Source: Lama glama
Lineage: Eukaryota
Direction: 5' to 3'
DNA: 64,000 nucleotides
NCBI GenBank assembly: GCA_028534125.1
Contig: CM052817.1
Location: 49,230,001-49,294,000, forward strand
The stretch's first letter is position 1, and each line of letters starts with the position of its first letter. This document shows positions 1 through 13,299 of the stretch, in pieces. The notes beneath the pieces were generated by a model. It was given only the letters and a program-made list of their open reading frames with translations, was not told where the DNA came from and did no database searches. The translations under genes and the position numbers were made by a program.

Positions 1-275
1 AACTACTCTATCATGATGGATACATATCTTTATTATTTGTCCAAACCCACAGAATTTACATCAGGAGCTAATTATAACGTAAACTATGGACTTTGGGTGA
101 TTATAATGTCTCAAGGTATGTTCATCAGTTGTAACAAACATACCGCTCTGTTCAGGGGTGTTGATAATGGTGGAGTCTATGCATGCGTGAAGACAAGGGT
201 ATATGAGAAGTATCTCCACTTGCTCCTCAATTTTGTTGTGATCCAAAAATTGCTCTAAAAAAGTAAAGTGTTGAT
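1..275 (+). mobile_element. Old L1 (L1MC-like) 3' end
   Basis: gtccaaacccacagaat...gtaaactatggactttgggtga...ttcatcagttgtaacaaa, ending in an A-rich tail. Confidence 0.7.
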
Positions 276-1974
276 TTTTAAAAAGTGATACAGAAATTAT
301 TTTTCTCACATGCCTTTAAAAGAAATGAAAAATCTAGGGAGCCTAGAAAAGTTATCTACAGATTGATATCTAAAGCCAGCATGACTTACTACTGGGAGAT
401 TGGTAACTGTCCTCCACTGAAATTCGCTCTCACCTACATTAAAGCATTTTGCCATAAATTCAGGCTACCTCTAAGAATTCTTCGAAATTAAAAGGTATCT
501 CTGTAGACTCATCATGTAGGATTGGAATAATAGATTCAAGCAATAAGAATATTTACATGGCAAATCAAATTTAATAGTCATTTATCCATTTTATGTTATT
601 TATATAATCTCCGCTGTGTTCATAGTTCATTTTGTGTAATGATATAACTATAGGAAAAAGATTGGTGGTAAATTTTAATTCCCTATTTTCTGTTTTATAA
701 GTCTTCAGTATAACATTTGAAATGTCTTACAAAATTATTTAACAACTTGTATAGTTTTGCTCAATTTCATTCTCTTCACATTTAATTGGCTTTCTACTTG
801 ATACTGTGGATAACTTGATACATTCACATAATTTTAGTGAATACTTTAAGTCTTTCTTAAAATGTGGTCTACAGTTTATGCAAAATAATTCCACCTAAGG
901 AGTCAGTAATCAAGGCAGGAGGATGTCATATACATGGAGCAAGACATCCAAAGAACACAGACATATTGGTAGGGAAACTGTGAGTTAGTGTTCTCATCCA
1001 ATCTCTGGCAATTTCAAGTGAGTATCCTTGGATAATGTTTCTTTATTATCACACTAAAGCATTGACTCCATAACCTCAGACTAATAGGTTCAAACACTAC
1101 AAAGTAGTAATGATTCTTAAAAAAAGGCTATCGAATCTGGGATATATGTGATCATCAATTTGAATATAATCCTTAAAAGGAGAAATCTCATCTGCATTTC
1201 TCTTTACTTAGTTGCAAAACATGTTTTCTGTGCATAAAAATGACTGACTTGGTCATTTGCAAGTAATACTTCTTCTCCACAGTCTCCTAAAATGAATACT
1301 TAGAGTCCGTCCCTTTCAAAAAACATCTTTTAAAGGTAACACTAAAATAAGTGTGTGATATTGATAATGCATACGTGTATACTTCAAATTCCAAAGGGGG
1401 CTGTATTGGGTATAAAGTATTCAGGGAATTCCTGCTGAGAAAATAATGGCAAATCAATTGAATTGAAGGGATCTGACTCAGGAAGATAAGGTAAACTGAT
1501 ACTGGTGAGATTCAGAATGTATAATAAACTAGAAGGGAGAAATATAGTCCTGACTGGAAAAAAGAAAAATATTGAGAGTTGATTTGGTATTCATATGACG
1601 GGGCTAATCTGTCATGTGCCATTTAATTGGAAAGAAACAATTGATATTAAACTCATCAGTACTTGGAGTTGTGGTTAAATTTTTCATTAAATTCATTTTG
1701 TACCACTATTTTTATTAGATTTTATTGAATTTATTTTTATTTTACACATTACTGTTCTTTTACTACCCATTCTCTCTCTTCCTTCCTTTCTTCCTTCTTC
1801 CTTCCTTATTTAAACTCCCCTTTCTTTTAACATCTAGGTGTGATAAGTCATCTACAGAACCTAGATTTATTTTTTTCCTTAATAGCACATCGGAAAAATC
1901 ACTGGTATAATTTTTCCACAACAAACATATATATACACTAATAACCCCCAGCCAACTTTCTTCATTTTCTCCAG

Positions 1975-2123
1975 GAAGACCCACTACATTGTGTGAGACT
2001 ATGGGGAAAGCAGAAATTTGGCTAATCCGAACATACTGGGATTTTGAATTTCCTCGTCCATACTTACCTAATTTTGAGTTTGTAGGAGGACTGCATTGTA
2101 AACCTGCCAAACCGTTACCTAAG
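1975..2123 (+). CDS. UGT2A1: UGT2A1/UGT2A2 shared exon 2 (gene 5'-partial)
   Basis: ccag|GAAGAC...AAG|gtaggt; 149 nt, the canonical UGT2 exon-2 size; [50 protein letters not shown] matches UGT2A1 as I recall it. Confidence 0.93.
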
Positions 2124-3545
2124 GTAGGTCTATTATGGTGGAGGGCTTTGTGGTACCTTATAATAAAAGCCTGATTTGCCTTTAAAGTTTGCAGGATTAA
2201 TAACAGAGATACGCTGCTGGTTATCTTCAGTTTGCTACTCCAAATCTATTTTCAAAAATCACAGGGGTCTCCTAGGAGTGATATTACTTTTTTTTTTTTT
2301 TGGACTTGACCTTGATATTTAAGGAGAAGAATGAAGGGACAGGAAATGTGAGTCTTGGAAATCACTAGGGAGACTGCTGCAGAGATGTCCTAAAAAGCAT
2401 GATGGAGTTATGAATAGAGACATTCACTACAATTGTTTGAATGATAAAGATGCTTTCCTGAGGACTCTTGGGAAGATTCTTGCTGACAAACTTTGGTCAG
2501 TAAGAAGTTAAGTGTTATGGAAGACATGGAATCAGATGGGGCTTCTTGGATAGCAGTGACCTTTACTGAGCTAGGAAACAATTAGTGGAAAAAACTTTTT
2601 TGAGATGACAATATGAGTTAAATTTCAAATTTACTTAAAGAAGTTAAAGGAATTTTCAGGTGGAGGTTTCTAGAATTCATCTGGGTAATACAAGGTTTCA
2701 GTCTCAGCAGAGAGCATTAGAAATAATTGAGAGTCGTCAACGTAGGTAGAAATCATAAAACTAGAACCCCAAATGTTGAATTGGTTCTTTATGACCATGA
2801 TATCAGGATGTTTTAAGAAAGAAAACCGTATGCCATATTCCAATGTCCTCAAAGAATAAATATGGCCTGCCAGAAATATTGGAAGAAAACAATATAGAGA
2901 AACAAAACAGAATAATAGGTAAACACAGTAAGAATATCGTATTTAAGAATCTTTATCAATAGGGAGTGAAGAGACAGATCCTCATTTGCTTAAGTTGTAG
3001 GTAAAGGAGCATAATCTCTGTAGAAGACAGCAGGTTAAATGGTGTTCCCAGGACAGGCCCTGATATGTTTAGGGTAAGATGGGTATCTTAAGCCTAAAAT
3101 TTCACTTCAGGATTCTGAATATGCTTTTCATACTAACCAGGTTATAGCTGCAAACAAGCTGTAATGAGTGTTATTGTGGGAGATAATAAACCAGTATCTA
3201 AAATAAAGGTACAGAAAAAGACATGTATTCCCTGGCTCACTAGATAATACCTTGCCATACTATTATGTTTGTCCTTCCACCTCCACTTTTCACATATAGA
3301 CAGTTACACAAAAATGACTCAGGCATGCTTTACAAGAGAGAAAATTATTCCATCCTAAGCCGACTTATTAACTTAGACATTTGGGCAATATGAACACCAA
3401 TCATGGTTTATGTCCCTGATGAAAGAATTATGCCATCACTGGATTATGCCATTCACAGAGTAGAAGAGCAATGAGAGTTAAATCAAGAATCCAAATCAAA
3501 CAGGTAAGTGTGTAAGTCTTTATGTACCTGTGTGTCTGTGCCCTC

Positions 3546-3569
3546 GTGTGTGTGTGTGTGTGTGTGTGT
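3546..3569. repeat. (TG)n microsatellite
   Basis: About 12 units, directly visible. Confidence 0.9.
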
Positions 3570-4617
3570 TTTATTCAATCACCATCTGTTTAGGGAGATG
3601 AATCAAAATGATAAAACACCAATTCCTGGGACTTCAGAGATACTCTCCTAACATAAACTAAACTAAAAATAGAAGTCTACTTTCATTTATGGCATCTTCC
3701 TTCCCCTAGTAATTTTACTAGCCTTTAATTGAGAAACATCAGTGATTTCCATCTGACCACAAATGATTACAAAGATAACGCATGACACATCTCTAGAGAG
3801 TGGTATTTACATAGATTGTGTGAAAGACCCCAATTCCAGACTTTACTGTGCCCAACTTGCCCACTGTAAGTGATGATCAAGAGAACTCTATTTGTAGACA
3901 AAAGTATATTTTACTTCCATGCTAAGGCTCAAATTACAGACATGCAGTCAGTGTCGCACTCTTATGGGTAGGCAGAGAAGCACTCTCTCATAAATGTTAT
4001 CATGATTATACCAGGAGTTTAACTGAATTATCATCTTTTAAAAATCGATTTTATTTATCCCTTTACTAAAAAAACCAGAAAACAAAAAACAAACACAAAC
4101 AAAAAACCCTGCTTTTTTTAGTCTGATTAATCAGGGAGAAAATAAACATGAGAAAAATATCCTGAATGCCTAACAGAAAGTTAGTTCAAGTTATTCATAA
4201 TTTACTGGCTATAAACAGCACACTAAAAATTTTAAAGGTCTAGTGCAGAACCTTTATTTGAGCTTCCTTCCGAGGAATATTTTTATGAGTTTGCAAACAA
4301 CTCTGTTGGTTCATAAAATTAAGCCTTGGGAGTAATATTTCCATATACCACAACATTTGCCTCTTATCACCTATTCATTTTGTATAATGGTTTGGTTCCA
4401 AATATTTATTTGTAATCACTCTTTATTTATTTGTCATAGTTTTCAGAAACATATACACTCTTAAAGAGACTAGATAGTTCTATATGGCAGAAGACAGAAC
4501 CAGTCTAACAATGTCCCTGACGCTTCTCTTGAGTTTGCCTATTTTGAAGGGTAAGAGAACTTTTTGTTTCCCCTGTGATCTTATACTTGTATAATAGAGA
4601 GAATTTTATCTCTTCAG

Positions 4618-4749
4618 GAAATGGAAGAATTTGTCCAAAGTTCAGGTGAAGATGGTATTGTGATATTTTCTCTGGGATCAATGGTCAAAAATCTCACGGA
4701 AGAAAAAGCCAATCTCATTGCCTCAGCCCTTGCCCAGATTCCACAGAAG
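4618..4749 (+). CDS. UGT2A1: UGT2A1/UGT2A2 exon 3
   Basis: ttcag|GAAATG...AAG|gttagt; 132 nt; [44 protein letters not shown]. Confidence 0.93.
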
Positions 4750-5604
4750 GTTAGTATAAACTCCAGTCCAAGTGGGCAGCCCTTTTGCCAACTGGGAAGA
4801 GAGTGTGGCTAATAGTACTCTTTCCAGATGAAAGCTGAACCCCTTTAAGTGGAAATTTCTCAGGACATTAAAATGTTGTATTTTGGGCACATTTTACCAT
4901 TTGCCTACTGAGACTTCATATTTCTATGAAAATGCATCTTTTTATGAAGTCATTATTTTCAGTGAAATAGAGATGAAAATGTTATGATCCCAATAACTTT
5001 TTACTATTTGAAATCTTGTGACTTGCATTGACTATTCCCCAAAATTTTCAAGTGTGTTAGCTCCAAGGTCCAGGAAAAGAGAGGTGATACGTAGAGTAGA
5101 AGGAACTCATGCTCAAGTATATACTTTACATCTCTAGGTTTTACTAAGATGCAATTAAAGTGTAGTTGGTTTAGGAGTAGAAGACTAATATCTCTAAATT
5201 GAATATTCAACAATCAAACAGTAACTCTTAACGTTATTGTCAAACAATATATTTTTCTAATTTATGACACTTAATTTTAATTTTGTTGTCATTACAATTC
5301 TAAATTTCTACTCCTTATATACTCCTATTCATGAAATATCCTAGGTCTCTTTATTTGTATATTAAAGTACATAAAACTCTAGTAAGTGTACTAATTAGCC
5401 ATGTTGAAACTTTGAATTTTTATTTCTAAACTTTTCTGCTAAATAGTTTGCCACCTATTAGTATTTAATCTGAAATTCGTCATACAGAGTTCCCCCAAAG
5501 AAAAAAAAATAAACCATGTAACAAAAGGTTAACATCCTAACAAGGTACTTCATTATATAATAGAGTATAAGCAACTCTGTATATCATCCTCCCTTAAAAA
5601 CTAA

Positions 5605-5620
5605 AAAGAAGGAGAGAAAG

Positions 5621-5686
<66 letters not shown>

Positions 5687-5848
5687 GAAGGAAGGAAGGA
5701 AGGAAGGAAGGAAGGAAGGAAGGAAGGAAGAAAGGAAGGGAGGAAGGAAGGAAGGAAGGAAGGAAGGAAGGAAGGAAGGAAGGAAGGAAGAAAGGAAGGA
5801 AGAAAGGAAGAAAGGAAGAAAGGAGGGGAGAAAGAGGAGGAAGAAAAG
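5605..5848 (+). repeat. Compound (GAAA)n(GGAA)n polypurine tract in UGT2A intron 3
   Basis: About 240 bp purine-only on the + strand. Confidence 0.95.
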
Positions 5849-6282
5849 ACAATCTATTACCAAAAAAGCAGACAATACAATTTAAAGCTAATTATACTTT
5901 TGGAAAACATTCCATTTGAAATATGGCATAAGAAGGCCTCATGAAAAATTTACATAGTATTCATGTTTGTTTTAATGTTTTTAATCTTCATATGCTGTCT
6001 AAACTAGCCCTGTTCATTTTCTATTTCTTCACCTACAATCTCACCTCCAAAAGATTTTAAATGGTGATACTATGCTTAATAGGCTGTCAGTAGAAGCCTT
6101 TTCAAAAGAGGTAAAGGCAAATAGTCCTACCTTCTCTTATTGTTCACAAACTACCTCTTTCATGAACTCCTCTCAACAGTTACATAAAGTAGGGTGGGCT
6201 ATGTGATTTCTAAATAACTCTACAGCCTTAAAATGCCTTAGCTTTGTGTTTTTATTTACAAAACTGAAGTATTATTCCACAG

Positions 6283-6370
6283 GTTTTATGGAGATACAAA
6301 GGAAAGGAACCAGCCACATTAGGAGCCAACACGCGGCTCTATGATTGGATACCACAGAATGATCTTCTTG
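6283..6370 (+). CDS. UGT2A1: UGT2A1/UGT2A2 exon 4
   Basis: acag|GTTTTA...TTG|gtaaga; 88 nt; [29 protein letters not shown]. Confidence 0.93.
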
Positions 6371-6823
6371 GTAAGACCAAGGGAAAAAGGCTGTACAGTT
6401 GGATGATGGACAGGTTAAGTAACTGTTTAACAGCAAATGAACTCAATAAATATTTAAATTTCCACATCTTACTTCTAGTTTTAAAGCAGATATAATTCAA
6501 TAACTTGCCTTAATTGTATAGATCCATGCTTCCTCTGGCTCGCAAACAAGCATATTCAGTTTCAGAGTCTCATCACTCCTCGAGTTGCAATCTCAGTTCA
6601 GATGTTATCTCCTCAGTAAAGCCAACGCAGAGGGAGTTAATTCCACCTTTTTCAGGGATCACGGTTTTCTGATATAGCAATACCCCATGTGCTCAGCTTT
6701 TGTAGAAAATACTGCCTCCTTCATTAAGTTATCCAGTAGCTATCCCCATCTCTCTCTGAAATTATGTTAGTATATTATGTATAACGAAATTCTCACCCAC
6801 TTCTCACTGGATCTCCAATCTAG

Positions 6824-7043
6824 GTCATCCCAAAGCAAGAGCTTTTATCACTCATGGTGGAACCAATGGAATCTATGAAGCTATCTACCACGGGGTGCCA
6901 ATGGTGGGGGTACCCATGTTTGCTGATCAGCCTGATAACATTGCTCACATGAAGGCCAAAGGAGCGGCTGTGGAGGTGAACATAAACACAATGACAAGTG
7001 CAGATTTGCTCAGCGCCTTGACAACAGTCATTAATGAACCTTC
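6824..7043 (+). CDS. UGT2A1: UGT2A1/UGT2A2 exon 5 (UGT signature)
   Basis: ctag|GTCATC...TTC|gtaagt; 220 nt; [51 protein letters not shown]... Confidence 0.93.
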
Positions 7044-7665
7044 GTAAGTACTTCTGCTTTTAAAGGCTTAGCATTATGTTACCCATCGTGCTCAAAAATG
7101 TCCAATGTTTCATGCATTATTAATTGGTTTATTTTCAAACAACAGCCATAACATGACCATATAAAAACCATTTTATTATTTCACTTCCCACATTGCTGAA
7201 GTGATTGGCTAATATTGAGAAAAAGAACACTAAGATTTCAAATATTTGATTAACTTTTTAAAGATAAATAATGTTAATGATCACATAAATTCTCAGATAT
7301 TTTTCTGGATAATTTGCTTATTTTCTAAAAAAAATGTATGTTTGGCTAAGTATTATAACTATTCAGTGAATACAAAAATAGATGTGGTAATTTACCCAAT
7401 ATTAATCATTCAGAAATAATAATTGTTAATGCTGAGTGTTTATCTTTAATCAATATATGCAGATATACAGGGAGGAGAGATTGGAGTAGTTAATAATTTT
7501 ATAAATATACATTGATGCTATATATAGATATTTAACAAATTTTAAAATTTTATCAGATTAGGCTATAGATAAAGTAAATTTATAAACTATATAAATTATA
7601 TGAACCTTAGATACATATGATTATGAGTTTTTTCTCTGACAGATCTCATCAAGGTTAAGAATTTA

Positions 7666-7784
7666 TTATTTATTTATTTATTTATTTATTTATGTTGGGG
7701 ATAGGTAATTAGGTTTATTTATCTATTTATTTTTTAATGAAGGTACTGGGAATTGAACCCGCCATTGAGTTATGCCCCCTTCTT
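7666..7784 (-). mobile_element. tRNA-derived camelid-type SINE (Vic-1-like), internally deleted
   Basis: ggtactgggaattgaaccc (B box on -), (TTTA)n tail, flanked by TSD aagg(t/c)taagaattta. Confidence 0.75.
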
Positions 7785-10700
7785 AAGGCTAAGAATTTAT
7801 ATATTTTTAACTATGTGTTTTAATTTTAGCCTCTAATAGCTGAAGTTGGAAGTAATCTCATCTCTAATATGTATTACTTAAATATTTAATTTGTCAATAT
7901 TTATGGCAGAACGTTTCTCACATCTACTTATTCTTTATATTTTAAGGGAATCAATGTTCACAATTGAATCAGATTTTTTGTTTCAAGTTATTTTGGATTC
8001 ATTCTTAACTGAAACATATCACATGAAATTTTCTTGCAGTAAAGTCTCACGGACACTGAATTCCTGAGATCATGGTTAGAAACATTTGCTCATTGCCTTG
8101 ATAGGAGAATGACACCTATCTGAATATAACATACTTAGTTCTCATTTTCTTTCCTCAGAACTGTATAATATGACTAGCTTTAACTGTTGCTGTAAGATTT
8201 TGAGGACTTTTCTGATCAGTGTTACTTTTTAAGAGTTTTTCAAGAACTGGAAATAGTCTTTTTTTTAATTCAGAAACTTAATTATGGTATATACTTATAT
8301 ACTTATACTTTATTTTCTACATTTTCTTGGAATTATAGTGTATCCTTTCAACACTGTTAATCTAGGGTGAAAATTATTCAATTTTTCTTTTCATAAATTA
8401 ATTTTTGTTTGTCATTTATTAGACTTTTAGTTCCATTTTTTAATCTCTTCAGGGATATCAGATTTTAATGTTCTTTGTGTTTATTTTATTTTGTTTCCTT
8501 CCTCTTTTATTTTCTAATTGTTCTAATGATTTTTTGCTTTTCTCAATTCACTGATTTTCCTCAAATAGTTCATAAATTAATAAATTAACTTTTTCATAAT
8601 GAGCATTACTTGCTATTTGTAATTTCCTTAATTAAACCTTGAAAGTGCTATTGTAACAATTTATTTCGTCACCTCACCTGTATCTTTTATTACCTCTTCT
8701 TGTTTCATAATCTGATTTTTGATCTCTTATTCATAGCTCTCACATTCTTACTGTACTTAAACTCTCCTCTTCTTTGGAATTATGAATTATGCCTAATTGC
8801 ATTCTGTCATTTTTATGTTTTTCTCCCCAATATTGTGTAAGTTGTTAACACTGCATGTTTTTCATCTTGTTTTCAGTATCTGTTCTGAATTTGTATAGAT
8901 GCCTTACAGTTAAATTAGTTTCCAGGTTATGTCAGACTCAATTATTTTTATTCAAATGCAAAACTTGAAAGATAGTTGTAATAGTCTAGTTGTATTACTG
9001 AAACCTGATATTCAGGTGCTGGGGGAGAAAGTGAAACTGGTCTGTGTAAAACCATCTGTTCAAAGCCCTAGTAGCAATGCTTTCTAGACAAAGTGGTCAA
9101 TATATTCATTTCCAAAAGGGAAGACATTCAATATTTTCCTTGAATGCATCCTAAAAAAATCAGCCAGCCCTGGTGGTCCATTTTCTCCTCCCACCCACAT
9201 TCTAATCAAAAGATTGTCTTTAAGATGCAAGTTCAAATCATAATTTTCAGAATATTATAGATATCATCTTGAGCTGGAAGGAGGGGTTAGGAACTTCAGC
9301 AAGGCTTACTACAATCTTTCATTTTTCATAAGTGATGATGTTGGTATCTAACCTATTAGGCTATTCCCAAGTTGTTAATTGCTGATAATTTGGTTCATTT
9401 TTACTAAATGTCAGAGTAGGTAAATTCTGTAAATTTTTAAAATTCTACTTCATTCTAGAATGCTCACTAAATTTTATTGTTAACTTGAAAACTATTGATG
9501 CAAAAAATTATACTCTTAGAATTTTCCAAGATAATACCTAAAATTATTTATTTTAAAATACTTTAACATTAACCCTAAACCTAAGTTTGAAATTATCTGG
9601 AAACAAATGTGTTTAGTGTAGAGTATATATATACAATGTACTTATATTTTGTTTTCTTATTCTTTATGGGAGTTAAGGAACACAAATATTACATCTAAAT
9701 ACATAAATCATAGTAATTTCAAGTACTCATGATATTTTAAGATAACAGTAATAAAACAATAGCATATAGTAAAATATTACATCATCATTTTAAATATGAG
9801 CATTGTCTTTTTTATCCTATCTCATTTGTAGGAATTATACTTTATTTTTATTTGGATTCACATGTGCAGACGTACCTATCAAGTGTTAGCTTGTTTCAAA
9901 TTTTAAATCTCTATCTAGAGAAAACCTTGAACAAAAATGTGATTTGGACAGGTAGGCTCTTATCACCATTGTTGTTTGCTTAAAATGTATTAGGATGAAC
10001 CTTGTGAAATTACTCTTTTGGCCCTACCTATACTTCAGTATTTCAAACCAATTGAAAGAGAGTATGACTATTCTTTCTCACTGCACACAAAAAAGAGCAC
10101 AAGTAAATTACCTCTTTCTGCTGGACCTTGTGTACCATGTTCACTGATGAATGATGATCTCATTTCTTCTCCAATCCCAACAATGTCCAACTTGCACAAG
10201 GACATCTCTTCACAAACCACTTACCTTATGTCATCTTCATGTCTCCAGGTTGGAACTTTATTTCACAAAACCAAAGGGAAGCATACTCATTTTGGCTCAG
10301 CCACCAGGAAATCTCAAGTGAAGGCATAACTAGCTTTTTGAATACATGTCTATATCCATTGTTGCTTTAGAGACCATTAGAGTTGTTAGGTGTTGTTGCT
10401 GTGATGCCACATTGATTATGGGCTTTAATTCTAGTGAGATATTTCTTTTTACCTTAAAAACTCAAAATCTGCATCCTTGTCATTTCTAAAATTACTCCAG
10501 TATCTTCATCCAGTCTTGACACTGCCAATATGGACATGGTCTTTTCCATCACAAAGACCCGAGTGTATGCAGTGGAGAAATTATCACAGTGCAAGATCTC
10601 AGAAACTGCAAAAATGGCTCACTAATATTGACTCTCAGTCTCCTATGTCTGTTATCATTAACTAACCAGACATTGAAGACCATGCTTGTGGACTTTTGAA

Positions 10701-11056
10701 TGGATATTTTCTCTCAGTATAGAGTTTTTCACAATCTTGGTCTTGGAAAAATTCTGGCAACTATACTTCACACAATATCAAAATTCTTTTTTGGAAAAAT
10801 GAGGCTATACATTTACAATTGGCTTATTACATTTTTTATATGTTTGCACTTCACCACATTCTGTTAGGAATGTAATTCTTCCACACCCTCCCTTCACCAC
10901 TCTTAAAATGCTATGCAACCAGCAAAATTCATGTCACAGCAAGAGTTAAATTTTTTTCTCAACATACCTAATGGATTGCATAACATGCAACATGTATCCC
11001 ATACTTACCTTTAATGAAAACAAAAACTCTCTAATTTCTATGTTTTTGCCTACCAG

Positions 11057-11336
11057 TTATAAAGAGAATGCTATGAGGTTATCAAGGATTCACCATGATC
11101 AGCCAGTGAAGCCCCTGGACCGAGCAGTCTTCTGGATCGAGTTTGTCATGCGCCACAAAGGAGCCAAGCACCTGCGGCCAGCCGCCCACAACCTCACCTG
11201 GTACCAGTACCACTCTCTGGATGTGATTGGGTTCCTGCTGGCCTGTGTGGCAACTGCTATATTTTTGGTCACAAAATGTTGCTTGTTTTCTTACAGACAA
11301 TTTGTTAAAACAGGAAAGAAGAAAAAGAGAGAATAG
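11057..11336 (+). CDS. UGT2A1: UGT2A1/UGT2A2 exon 6 (TM helix, dilysine ER-retention tail, stop)
   Basis: ccag|[50 protein letters not shown]...KKKKRE*; frame continuous with exon 5. Confidence 0.93.
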
Positions 11337-12694
11337 ATCTTTCTAAGTGTGGTAAAGGCTTCAATGGGCAATTCTGTTCTTTCTAGCTACAGTAACCTTA
11401 ATGAAAGCATATCATCTCCATCCTGTTTTCAAAATTCTCATTCCTCTACCTCCTTATACCAGAGATAAAGTTTTTAATTCAATAATATCATTAATTAGTT
11501 AGCATGTCCTATTCATCCTTTGTCTTCTCCCAGCTGGCTTTACCCTCTTTTTCAAACTTTCCTGATAAGGACACACTAGTAATTTTATGTATATTCTATT
11601 CATATTATACATTTTTCTCTATTTTTAACCTTAACTAATATGCTGAAAGACAATTTGGTGAATCCTGGGAAACATACAAGTAGAAACTGAGGCTGATAGA
11701 TTCAGAGAAGACAGAAGACTAAAATTTACAAGTTCCCCTAGAACATATAAATTAGGAGACCATCACAGGAGGCTAGTGTGTTAATAAGAAGGGTAATGAT
11801 TTCATTTGTCATAAAAATAAGACCTTTTGACTTCCCAGTGTTCCTGGGGTCAGAGCATGAATTGAACTAACGGTGACGGTTCATCACGCCAGGAAAGGTC
11901 TACAGATTTTCATTGAAAACATAGATAATCACACCTACATTCCTGCCTTAAGTCAGCAAGTATTCTTGTGTGTCCTTGAGTGCAAGAGTCTGGGCACTGC
12001 CTTCAAACAAAAGAGACTGACTGAGTCCTTGCTTTTTCTCGGGGACAGAAAATGTCAGCAGAATGTTAAAGGTGAATAGATGATTTTTAGAGAAAACAAT
12101 AAATATAGAAAAAAAGTTTTAAAGATTTATGAAATGTTAAAAATACAATTGATAATCTTAAAGTCAAATATCAATTCATTATATTTAAATACATTAATGC
12201 TCAAAATCCATAATCATTATTTATAATCAAGGCTTTGTTTTCTGTCAAAAAACAAATATTTACTTTGAATGTAAAATCTTTATATTGGTTTTCAGTCTCT
12301 ATCCTCTACAAATTTAAATTCATCAATTAATTGTTATGCCAAGGATATAAGATGTTAGTAGACCTCTCAATCAAGCATATGCTATAGTATATTTTTATTA
12401 AAGCACTAATTAAAGACAAATGTTCATATTCAAATCAGTTTTGATTAATTTAATAAATAGATTAAAGATTGCACTTTCTTTTCCCCTTATAAACTTAATG
12501 ACATGTCTAACTAAAGTTTTAATTTTAGTACTTGATATAGTTGAAGAAATAAATAACATCCATTGTCTTACCGAAATTTTTGAAATTCTTATTTATTTCA
12601 ATATGGTATATTGAAAATGTTTTCCAATTTGAAAATAATTGTATAGTGGTAACACAAGTATTTCTTCTTGAATATGTACATTACTGAAAATGCA

Positions 12695-12700
12695 AATAAA
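12695..12700 (+). terminator. Candidate poly(A) signal for UGT2A (alternative at 12098)
   Basis: AATAAA followed by T/GT-rich sequence; several candidates exist in this AT-rich UTR. Confidence 0.3.
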
Positions 12701-13299
12701 TTCTACACATTTTTTTGTGAAAATTGAAATTGTATTTGCTAAATGTTAACATTTGTAAAAGGTGATTCATGTTGATGTGTTTTGACTTTTACAATTTTAT
12801 TGTTTTGAGAAGAGCTGTTTATGTTTGCTCTATGCTCAGTTTATTTTCTGTAATTAGAATGCAGCAAATGGCTAAGATGGAATGAGAGATGGGCTGCCAT
12901 CCCTGGCACTGAGCATTACCTAAGTACAGGCACCTATTTGTGTCCTAAGACTGGACACCCCATTATATACAATGCTCAGTAGCCACTGCTCACCTGATTT
13001 CTCCTTTTCTGCTCTCTGATTATTTACAGGGTTCTTCCTTTGCCTGAATTTCATCAGAAGCCAGCTGGCAAAAAAATTCCTGGGTGATACCAACTGTATT
13101 AGTTAGAGTAACTGCAGTATATACTTGAATTAAAAAAAAAAAGTCTTTTCTTAGCAGTCATTCACAAAACTATTCATTCTAGGAAACTCTCATCCCTAAT
13201 AAGGCAGAAACCAAATCCCACCAGCCAGAGTATTTTTGTACAGATCTTACATTCTCAGAACTTAGAGATGCTCAAGAGGCTGAATTTAATGCTTTTGCT

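Noticed and set aside
5594..5875. FLPS/FLSF-repeat ORFs
   Set aside because: Translation of the microsatellite
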